Counted from the stretch's first letter, positions 27,501 to 35,264 are shown. The stretch: 36,220 nt of DNA from Thermoguttaceae bacterium (GCA_045651945.1 JAZRTH010000049.1:1-36220), one strand, 5' to 3'. Translations and numbers: made by a program. The notes: generated by a model from the sequence alone, not told the origin.

Positions 27501-28088
27501 TTATCGGTTGTAGACGACATTGTTCAGTCCGTAAATAAATCCGTAGTTTTTTCCATTGATAACATTGCTTATTCCGCTAACCGTTCCGTTGTTATTGCCG
27601 GTTATAACGTTTCCGGTCCCTTCGACTACCCCGTAGTTATGCCCTTCCAAGACATTATTCACCCCGCAAATTCTGCCGTAATTGTTGCCAACAATCCGAT
27701 TGCAGCTGCCATTTACACATTCATTAGGAGCGCCAGAAAGGCGGATATTAGCGCTGCAGACATTGTAAACGGCGGGATATACCACCGGAATGACGGGAAT
27801 GACAGGAACCACGGGGATCACCGGAACGACAGGAACGACCCGTCTTACCGGTCTGGAAACGCTGCGGGTTACGCTGGTTCTGGTTTGGCGCGGACGGCTG
27901 ACAGGACGGCTCCCGGATGACGCTGGACGCGGCTGTGCCGGACGAGGCGGAGTCGGATAAGGAGTCGCTTGACGCGGCGGAGCTGGAGGCGGCGTTGTTT
28001 TCGGTTTGAGCGTAATTCTGCCGTCTGGGTGAACCTGATATTCGCCATTCCCGGAAGAGCTGCTGTTTTGATTTGAATAGTTAGTCAT
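27501..28088 (-). CDS. Pro/Arg-rich protein with (V/I)PV triplet run and 4-5 x 15-aa Asn/Gly repeat (predicted beta-solenoid)
   Basis: Last gene of the operon. Its ATG overlaps the upstream stop by 8 nt (ATGACTAA). aa 31-83 are Pro/Arg/Ser-rich. aa 84-104 read VVPVVPVIPVVPVIPVIPVVY. aa 119-193 are repeats of the form G-x-N-x-G-x-[VI]-x-G-x-x-N-V-[IL]-x. Confidence 0.75.
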   Translation of the reverse strand: MTNYSNQNSSSSGNGEYQVHPDGRITLKPKTTPPPAPPRQATPYPTPPRPAQPRPASSGSRPVSRPRQTRTSVTRSVSRPVRRVVPVVPVIPVVPVIPVIPVVYPAVYNVCSANIRLSGAPNECVNGSCNRIVGNNYGRICGVNNVLEGHNYGVVEGTGNVITGNNNGTVSGISNVINGKNYGFIYGLNNVVYNR

Positions 28089-28368
28089 TGGATTGATTTT
28101 GTTGTTTCACAGGATTTTCAATAACCGGCAATTGTTCCTGCAATTCCTGAATTTGCTGTTGAAGCTCGATTTTATCGGAATACAGTTTACATGTAAAATA
28201 CAGGGAAACAAATAACCCTATTGCAAATAGAGCTGTTAAAATGCCCAGCGCCCATGTAAGACACAAATGTTCTGCCATATCTTGACAAAAGTCTTTTTGT
28301 TCGCGAGACATTTCTCCCCAATTGTCTCCCGCCATATACATGGCAATCATTCGATATAAACGTTCCAT
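28081..28368 (-). CDS. Small single-pass membrane protein with C-terminal coiled coil (95 aa)
   Basis: TM helix LTWALGILTALFAIGLFVSLYF followed by KIELQQQIQELQEQL. It starts 2 nt after the JAB-E1 stop and overlaps the next gene by 8 nt. Confidence 0.7.
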   Translation of the reverse strand: MERLYRMIAMYMAGDNWGEMSREQKDFCQDMAEHLCLTWALGILTALFAIGLFVSLYFTCKLYSDKIELQQQIQELQEQLPVIENPVKQQNQSND

Positions 28369-28370
28369 TT

Positions 28371-30245
28371 CTATTCCTCCTCGGTTGACATATCTTTACT
28401 TTCTGACGTCTGAGCGTTTTCCGTACTGATATGGATATTTGTCGTAATCGTCAGCGGATGGTTAAACCACAGATCGTCTTCTGTACAAGTGTTGCAAATC
28501 AGCGTAAGCTGGGTCAAACGGTTGAGCGCGCGCGGCGTGTAATTGGGATTGTCCCGATTGAGAATGTCCAGCGCCAGCTTGACCGCAATTATCGTAATAA
28601 AGTCGATGTCGGCTGCAATTCCCGGCTCAAACGAGACTTTTTCCAGCTCGGCTTCCGTCGTGTAAAAGCGTCTGTTTTGAGTTACTCTTTGAGAAACGGG
28701 AGCAATGCACTTCAGATAGTCAGCGTAGTCCGGCATGCCCGTTGGAAGACAATAGAAAATCTCGCCGGCGTGAGCGCGCTCCCAACAACCGACCGAAATA
28801 AAGGCTGAATTCAGCTCTTTCGCCAGCTGGCAGGCGTACAAGTCGCCTTCCCGATTGTCCGCCCCGCCGATAAAGACCGTGTTCTCGTCACAGAAGTCGT
28901 TAAGAAGCTGCAGCGGGGCGCGTTCAATGGCGTCGTGAACTGTCAGAACTTCCGCATACGGATTGATTTGCTCAATTCGATCTTTCAGACAATCCGTTTT
29001 ATATCTGCCAACGTCCAGCGCCCCGCACTGATGGCGGCAAAGATTATGATAACCCAGAATATCAGAGTCAATCAGAAGAAAGCGCCCAACTCCAGATCGG
29101 GCAAGCTCCAGCGCCGCCAAAGAACCTACAGAACCGCAGCCAATCAAAACCGCCTTTTTAGACAGCATGACGTCCGATTCCAAAATGCCGACGTTTCGAG
29201 AAAACACGTCCAGTTTAAGACTATAGCGATCCAAGACGCACTCTTTGAGATCCAACAAAGAAACAAGAACCAGGCCATTCTCGTTACGATAGCCCAGAAC
29301 AGAGCGTTCCGTCAACCCTTCTTCCTGGAAAATCGCTTGAGCGGGTTCTGTCAACATGGAAACGTTAAACCGGGGACGACCCTGCTGTGACGTCAACGCC
29401 TGCTTGAGCAGTTTTAGATTTAATGCTCCGTTTTCGATTCCAGAAGCGTCGTTCTGGAACTGAATCGCCGATGCGTCCTTAAAAGGCGATTCTTCAAAGA
29501 CGCATCCGATTTTTTCCACCTTTTGAATCAAACCGGAATCCGGCGCCACGACGTTGAAGTAGTTCGTTTCCGGAGAATAAATCCCGTAAAGCGGTCCGAC
29601 GTAATTCTCTTCAAGACTCGTCGGAAACGCAGCCGTCGGATTTCGTCGATAGACGTTATCCGCCGCTTCGTCAGAGTCGTCTTCGGATTCCGTGAGCTCG
29701 TCGTCCTGCGGTTCTTCTTCAGAATCAGAGGGTTCCTCCGGGCGATAATACCGCAACTGAAAATACTTTTCCGGAATGACTTCGTCGCCCGTCAAAAACG
29801 GAACTTTTTCATAAACCGGAAGCCCTGTTTCGTCAATCGTTACACGATAAACCGTCAGTCGGAATTTCGGATCGAAATTGACCAGGCAGGAAATCGCTCC
29901 GTATTCGCCGTTGAGGGCTGCAAACTTCAGATTCGTCCCGTCGTCTACGGCGGAAAAGACGTCCATGCTGCCGGGATGGCGGTGCCACAATCCCAACACG
30001 CGCGGCGGAATCTGGTACTGTTTCGCCGTTACATTGGCTGTGTAATTGACATAGAACTCATCGTATTCAAAATACGCCCATTTATTGATGGATTTGCCGC
30101 CCGGCGGAACGACGTCTGTTACAACCCACGTCCCGTTAGGGAAAAGATGCCCCAGCAGAATCCCGCCGGTTTCAACGGGATCTTTGTCAATTGCTTCGGC
30201 AACGATGGCGTTATACGCGCGGCTGGAAAAAACAACTGCGTTCAT
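28371..30245 (-). CDS. JAB/JAMM metallopeptidase fused to E1-like (ThiF/MoeB-type) adenylation domain
   Basis: N-terminus: ETGG (E25) and WHRHPGSMDVFSAVD, a complete H-x-H-x7-S-x2-D JAMM motif (aa 88-101). Acidic linker at aa 169-196. C-terminus: VLIGCGSVGSLAALELARSGVGRFLLIDSDILGYHNLCRHQ, DVGRYKTD and GGADNREG, typical of the E1/ThiF Rossmann fold. Confidence 0.88.
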   Translation of the reverse strand: MNAVVFSSRAYNAIVAEAIDKDPVETGGILLGHLFPNGTWVVTDVVPPGGKSINKWAYFEYDEFYVNYTANVTAKQYQIPPRVLGLWHRHPGSMDVFSAVDDGTNLKFAALNGEYGAISCLVNFDPKFRLTVYRVTIDETGLPVYEKVPFLTGDEVIPEKYFQLRYYRPEEPSDSEEEPQDDELTESEDDSDEAADNVYRRNPTAAFPTSLEENYVGPLYGIYSPETNYFNVVAPDSGLIQKVEKIGCVFEESPFKDASAIQFQNDASGIENGALNLKLLKQALTSQQGRPRFNVSMLTEPAQAIFQEEGLTERSVLGYRNENGLVLVSLLDLKECVLDRYSLKLDVFSRNVGILESDVMLSKKAVLIGCGSVGSLAALELARSGVGRFLLIDSDILGYHNLCRHQCGALDVGRYKTDCLKDRIEQINPYAEVLTVHDAIERAPLQLLNDFCDENTVFIGGADNREGDLYACQLAKELNSAFISVGCWERAHAGEIFYCLPTGMPDYADYLKCIAPVSQRVTQNRRFYTTEAELEKVSFEPGIAADIDFITIIAVKLALDILNRDNPNYTPRALNRLTQLTLICNTCTEDDLWFNHPLTITTNIHISTENAQTSESKDMSTEEE

Positions 30246-30310
30246 TGACGGATAAATGAAAAGGTTGCCTTGAAAACGTTAGAACTGCTTAAATCGAACC
30301 GCCGGATTAA

Positions 30311-31183
30311 TCACATGTGGTCGAATTCGCTTCGTGACATTTCTCCGGACAGCGCCAGTTCATAGCACATCAGCCATTTAACAGCCCAAAGCAAAACCGA
30401 CGCTGCAGACGTCTCCGCACGACCGCGACCGATACTGTAATCTTGTTGACGCGACGTACACAAAGACGTACCGTCTCCACTTCCAATAAGATGATGAGGC
30501 CGCCAGCCGCTCATGGAAATCAGCTGATCGATAGACGGCTTGCGGAGATACACGTGAACAGAGCCTCCCCAATTGCTGTTGCTGGGATGGTTGTTATCGT
30601 ATATCGCTTCCAGAGTCCAGTCCCATCCGTTGTCTCCTAAAACGCCGGGACGCACCTTCCCTGTCCACGACATCCGACCGTCAGGCAAAAAACGATACGT
30701 AAACTGCGGAAACGCCATCTTCATCGCAGCCACCTCCGCATGATACCGATCCGGCTCTCTTTGGTACCACTGAATTAAAGCCGCCAGTTTGCCCTTTGGA
30801 ATAACCAACGGCTGATTCGAGTCGTTAACTCTCTCGCCATTTTGATTGACGACCGTTCCGCCCGGATTGAGCCGAATCGGCTCGTCGTTGAGCATCATCT
30901 GCTTGATTTTCTGACGCAATTCTTCGTTCTTTTTCTTCTCACGGTCGCTAACGTTCGCCAGCTTGCCCCGTGGAATGACCAACGGCTCATTCGCGCCATT
31001 AATGGTTTCGCCGTTCTGGTCGATAACGCGCCCGCCAGGAACAAGGCGAATTGGCTCATCTTTCAACAACGCTTTTTTGAGCGCCTGGGGCGACGGAACC
31101 GGAAGGGTAACGTTACCGTTGTTGAGGATCGTGAACTCCGCGTCGATAATGTCGCAATCGTCGTTTTCTGATGACATTCCCAT
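30311..31183 (-). CDS. Two N-terminal tandem repeats plus a C-terminal E2/UBC-like domain (candidate)
   Basis: First gene of the operon. aa 35-75 and 93-135 are ~70 percent identical repeats (DEPIRLxPGGxVxxQNGE...PLVIPxGKLA). aa 140-290 show a helix, four strands, an HP motif, then a helix. The motifs are NNHPSNSNWGGSVHVYL and RPHHLIGSGDGTSLC. The E2 assignment is pattern-based. Confidence 0.5.
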   Translation of the reverse strand: MGMSSENDDCDIIDAEFTILNNGNVTLPVPSPQALKKALLKDEPIRLVPGGRVIDQNGETINGANEPLVIPRGKLANVSDREKKKNEELRQKIKQMMLNDEPIRLNPGGTVVNQNGERVNDSNQPLVIPKGKLAALIQWYQREPDRYHAEVAAMKMAFPQFTYRFLPDGRMSWTGKVRPGVLGDNGWDWTLEAIYDNNHPSNSNWGGSVHVYLRKPSIDQLISMSGWRPHHLIGSGDGTSLCTSRQQDYSIGRGRAETSAASVLLWAVKWLMCYELALSGEMSRSEFDHM

Positions 31184-31338
31184 TGATTTTTGCCCTTTCT
31201 AAACAGGTTGTTAAAAAATTGACAAAACCCAATATTTGTTTTCAACTACTAAATACGAAATTTCAAGGTTGTTCGTTACCAAAATAATTCATTTTTTCTA
31301 AAAAAATAATTTTTTCCTCAAAAATGCCATTGGGGGGC

Positions 31339-31366
31339 TTGATAATCGACAACTTCAGACTATAAT
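31339..31366 (+). promoter_or_regulatory. Sigma70-type promoter for the plus-strand secreted-protein pair
   Basis: TTGATA (31339-31344), 16-nt spacer, TATAAT (31361-31366), about 190 nt upstream of the ATG at 31559. GAAGGA lies 8-13 nt before that ATG. Confidence 0.5.
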
Positions 31367-31558
31367 ATTAGTAATAAAACTATAAGGCGTCAATCCTTGT
31401 AAGCGTTATTGGTTTTTGAGGTTTCTTTATATTGTGCGTGGATAATCTCCGATTAAATCGTACTTTAAAGAAAGTACTCCTTTTTTCAGCTTTCTCTGTA
31501 AGCCTTTTCATGCTCCTCAGAGAACGAACGTTACCGATTAAAAGAAGGAAACAGAATT

Positions 31559-33448
31559 ATGTTGTCGCTAAACCGCAAGAACATTGGATTTTTGTTGAGC
31601 GTTGCAGCTCTTTTGACTGCCGTTTCGTTTACTACTGCTGTTAATGCAGACAGTAAAACTTCCAAAACGCGCGATAATAAGACCGTAGTCGTCGGCGCCC
31701 CATCTACAAATCTGACGCCGGCTCAAAAGTTCTTCGAGAACATGTCTCCAGATGAGTTCAGAGATCCCGTTGCAATGGACGACTTTATCACCCGGTTCCC
31801 GGATTCTCCCGAAGCGAATGCCGTGTTTGCAATTCGTTTTTCACTTTTGGAAAGATTCCCTACCATCGAAGGCTATAACGATTTTATTAAAAAGTACCCC
31901 GGCAGACTTCAAACGCAAATTGCCATTCAGAAAGTCTTCGACCTGTATTGCAATCAGAACTGCGCTGCCGGATACTACGAGTTTATTAAATTATACCCTG
32001 ATACCGAACAATCTCTGGTTGCCATGCTCTACATTCAAGAGATTATGTTCCAGTACGCTTGTCAGCAGGACAAGGTTGAAGAATACGACGCTTTCATTGA
32101 AGCGTTCCCCAATGCGATACAAGTTAACGAAGCGAGAGAGCGGGCAATTTTAAAAGCTAAAAAGCTGGAAACCGCAGAGTTGGAAAAGCTGTTTAACGAA
32201 GATAAAGATTTGGAACGAAAAAATGTTGAAAAGTCTTTGTACGAAAAAAAACAGAAGTTTGAAAATGATTGTTATAAATATTCTGGATTGCCAGCTTCGT
32301 CTAATGTCAGCGAGACTCAAAAAGTTTTGCAGCTTTTCAGCTTAGATCGCACCTACCAGGTATTGCGAGACGTTTACGGTAAATACAATCGCGATAATTA
32401 TCCAGAGGACGACAAAAAGAAAGATAAAATCGAAGAATACCTTAAAGATATTCAAAACAGCATTGATAAGGTCGTACTGAATAATACGATAGAGAAGGCT
32501 ATCAGTCAGGTTATCGATACGATTAACGCAAATCATCAGGCGCTTATTAATGAATTGGAAAAAGTGTCTAATGACATCGGCGCCAAGCTGGATAACATTG
32601 CCAACAAATTGGACAACATTGCCAGCGTTCAAAAAGAAGTGTTGGCAAATCTTAAAAATGGTTTCAATGAGCTTCATAGAGATTTAAGAAAAATCAACAG
32701 CTCAATTAAAGAAGCCAATAAACGCCTGGAGGTTTTGCATACTTTAAATAAACGTCTTGACAATATCGCTGTTCAAATGCAAAGCATGGTTTTGTCAAAT
32801 AACTCTGTGCCAATGCCGAGCTTGGAAAGAATCAACAAATACGCGGAAAAATTTAAACCGGATATGCCCTTTGTTGAATTTCGCGGCCAATCCGCAACAC
32901 CCATGGATCAATTGGAAAATATTGCCCGACGCGGTTGTGGACTTCTTAAGGACGTCAGCTTCAGCTTTGGCAACATTAAAAATAAGATAATCGAAACGAT
33001 AACGATATGGAAAACCGATTATCCAAACAACAGCACGTCAGTTGGCAGATTTCTTGGAAAGCTTGTGGAAGGAACCGTTCGTCTCGTTCCTGTTGTCGGA
33101 CCATATATTGCCCCGGTAGCCGGCAATTTGACGCAGTATTTCATTGACGACCTGTTTATCCCTTACATTTCAGAATTGATTGACATTGTTAAGGACGACA
33201 TTCAATTGTGCATTGAAATCTTTGAAGAATACAAAGAAAAGCTTATAAGATTCGTCAAGGACATGTCAGACGGAAAACTTCCCCCTGCTTTGCAGGAGAT
33301 TTTTAACAAAAAAATGGAAACCCTCAAAGACATGAAAGAGGCCGTAACTGTCATTCGAGATAATTTTATCAGGCTGCTTAAAGACGTTGCCGAATTCTTT
33401 GATCTTGATCCCACAGTAATTTTGTATGAGATTTGTTACCTTGACTGA
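31559..33448 (+). CDS. Secreted protein: four xxFIxxYP helical repeats, long coiled coil, unknown C-terminal domain
   Basis: Signal peptide MLSLNRKNIGFLLSVAALLTAVSFTTAVNA. Repeats DDFITRFPDSPEA, NDFIKKYPGRLQT, YEFIKLYPDTEQS and DAFIEAFPNAIQV. Heptad-like Asn/Lys/Leu-rich centre (KLDNIANKLDNIASVQKEV). AT-rich codon usage. Confidence 0.7.
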   Translation: MLSLNRKNIGFLLSVAALLTAVSFTTAVNADSKTSKTRDNKTVVVGAPSTNLTPAQKFFENMSPDEFRDPVAMDDFITRFPDSPEANAVFAIRFSLLERFPTIEGYNDFIKKYPGRLQTQIAIQKVFDLYCNQNCAAGYYEFIKLYPDTEQSLVAMLYIQEIMFQYACQQDKVEEYDAFIEAFPNAIQVNEARERAILKAKKLETAELEKLFNEDKDLERKNVEKSLYEKKQKFENDCYKYSGLPASSNVSETQKVLQLFSLDRTYQVLRDVYGKYNRDNYPEDDKKKDKIEEYLKDIQNSIDKVVLNNTIEKAISQVIDTINANHQALINELEKVSNDIGAKLDNIANKLDNIASVQKEVLANLKNGFNELHRDLRKINSSIKEANKRLEVLHTLNKRLDNIAVQMQSMVLSNNSVPMPSLERINKYAEKFKPDMPFVEFRGQSATPMDQLENIARRGCGLLKDVSFSFGNIKNKIIETITIWKTDYPNNSTSVGRFLGKLVEGTVRLVPVVGPYIAPVAGNLTQYFIDDLFIPYISELIDIVKDDIQLCIEIFEEYKEKLIRFVKDMSDGKLPPALQEIFNKKMETLKDMKEAVTVIRDNFIRLLKDVAEFFDLDPTVILYEICYLD

Positions 33449-33499
33449 TTTCGTTCCTTTGTCGTAATAGTTTAAGCATTTGCACTATTAAACAATATC

Positions 33500-35215
33500 A
33501 TGATGAATCGATTTTTACCAACCATTTTACTCATCGCGCTGTTGGGAGCCGGTAGCGCTTTTGCCCAACAATCCCCAGATGAAGCGTCTGGCAAATTGTT
33601 AGGTTACATGAGCGCATCGGCATCGTCAGGAGAACTGAAAAGCGCTACTATGACGTGTACACGGGACGGAGGAACGTTTGAAAAATTGGAGAATGACGAC
33701 TCTGTTCTTAAACTGTCTCGAGGCGATTTTATAGAATTTGGCTTCACGCTTCCTGCAACGGCATATAACGTTGACGTTACAATTAAATATCTCGATGAAA
33801 ACGAGGGGAATCCTTGTTTCATTCGCTGGAACAACGTCAATCCTCCAGAAGAAAAAGCTGTGGTTAAACCGCCCAAGAAAATAGAGAATCTGTGTTACAA
33901 AACCTACACAATTATTGAACCGCCCCGTTTTAATACAATCCGAGTTGTCGGCGAAGGAAACAATGGGCTGAAATTTTATAATATTCAGGTTAAATTTAAT
34001 TATGACAAACCGGCGTCACAGCCCACCAAAGATAACTTTAAAATTACGCTTGACTCGCCAGACCCGACCAAATCCATTGACAATGTCGATTTAACATTCA
34101 AGTGGACTGGAACAGGCAAACCTCCTGTCGACGGCGGATTTATTGAGCTGCAATATCGAGACAAAGACGATTGGAAAACTGTACCAGGAGCTGAATATAT
34201 CGATATTGAGCCTGAGGGTTCTGCTAATGGCGAATTTGTCTGGAAAAAACATGGATTAACTGAAATGCCGGATTTCAAAGTTATCTTTACTGCCGGACCG
34301 TCGCCGATTAAAAATTCTAACGCTGCGTTTGATAAAGGCGTTTACAACGAATCTTTGTATTGGATTCAACAGGCGCTGCAGAGTTTTCCTGACAAGAAGG
34401 AATATAAAGACCGAAGAATCGAATGTCTCAGAGCGTTAAATCCGTTTAATACAGAATGTCGCAAAATGGGAGATGTAATATCCGTTGAAATCGACGGGGT
34501 TGAGTTTAAATTTGTCTATATCGCGAATGATAAGGATGATTTTTTTATGGGTCCCTTATCGAATGACAATAAAAAGAACAGCGACGCTTTTCGACATCCC
34601 GTCAAGTTATCCAGAGGATATTGGATTTTGAATCAGGAAGTTTCCCGGAAACAATGGGATATAATCATGTCAAGTAATCCGAGTTTTCTTTTTTCAAAAG
34701 AAACCAACCCCGAAAAGCTTCCTGTTCAGAATGTTTCATGGGAAGATTGTAATGAATTCTGTAAACAATTCTACGACAGATTCCGGGATTACTATAAGGA
34801 TGATAAAATCAAATTGACAACGACGGTTTCGCTTCCCACTGAGGCGCAATGGGAATTCGCTTGTCGAAAAGGGGGACCGCTTTCATCAAAAGCCATCCAT
34901 TACAATACAAATAAATTACTTGGCGCGCCTCCCACAATTGGCGTTACGGATAAAAGCGCCAACTCGTTAGGCGTTTTTGGCATGCAGGGCAACGTTGCAG
35001 AATGGTGCTATGACGGTTACGCTCCATACCAAAAAACCACTCAAAATGATCCCAAAGGAAATGAAAAAACTTCATTGAAAGTTGTCCGAGGCGGAAGCTG
35101 CAACTCAAGTCAGGACGATTGTCGAGCTACCGCAAGAGACAAAAAAAATAAAGACGAAAAAGACAAGTATATTGGCTTCCGCTTTGTTGTAAACTTCGAC
35201 AATATTCAACAATAA
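33500..35215 (+). CDS. Secreted protein with C-terminal FGE-sulfatase (SUMF1/EgtB/PvdO-type) domain
   Basis: Signal peptide MMNRFLPTILLIALLGAGSAFAQ. C-terminal motifs VSWEDCNEFCKQF, GVFGMQGNVAEWCYDGY, VVRGGSCNSSQDDCRATARD and IGFRFVV. The N-terminal ~330 aa are beta-rich and unassigned. Confidence 0.8.
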   Translation: MMNRFLPTILLIALLGAGSAFAQQSPDEASGKLLGYMSASASSGELKSATMTCTRDGGTFEKLENDDSVLKLSRGDFIEFGFTLPATAYNVDVTIKYLDENEGNPCFIRWNNVNPPEEKAVVKPPKKIENLCYKTYTIIEPPRFNTIRVVGEGNNGLKFYNIQVKFNYDKPASQPTKDNFKITLDSPDPTKSIDNVDLTFKWTGTGKPPVDGGFIELQYRDKDDWKTVPGAEYIDIEPEGSANGEFVWKKHGLTEMPDFKVIFTAGPSPIKNSNAAFDKGVYNESLYWIQQALQSFPDKKEYKDRRIECLRALNPFNTECRKMGDVISVEIDGVEFKFVYIANDKDDFFMGPLSNDNKKNSDAFRHPVKLSRGYWILNQEVSRKQWDIIMSSNPSFLFSKETNPEKLPVQNVSWEDCNEFCKQFYDRFRDYYKDDKIKLTTTVSLPTEAQWEFACRKGGPLSSKAIHYNTNKLLGAPPTIGVTDKSANSLGVFGMQGNVAEWCYDGYAPYQKTTQNDPKGNEKTSLKVVRGGSCNSSQDDCRATARDKKNKDEKDKYIGFRFVVNFDNIQQ

Positions 35216-35223
35216 GCAGTCCA

Positions 35224-35264
35224 TAAAAAACGCGTTGACGGCTTGATTACTCAAACCGTCAACG
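35224..35264 (-). terminator. Rho-independent terminator for cysS
   Basis: The minus strand reads CGTTGACGG, a 14-nt loop, CCGTCAACG, then CGTTTTTTAT. Confidence 0.65.

Noticed and set aside
27786-27840. Six tandem 9-nt DNA repeats as a possible noncoding repeat
   Set aside because: They lie in frame inside the 195-aa CDS and encode the (V/I)PV triplet run. They are reported as a protein feature instead.
28081-28368. Could the 95-aa ORF be the missing ubiquitin-like modifier?
   Set aside because: It has a clear TM helix and a coiled coil, no beta-grasp-like pattern, and ends in QNQSND rather than a Gly or Gly-Gly terminus.
27501-31183. Is the operon a type II CBASS locus?
   Set aside because: No cGAS/DncV-like nucleotidyltransferase and no recognisable CBASS effector are encoded in or next to the operon. 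E2 and E1 are on separate proteins, and JAB is fused to E1 rather than free-standing.
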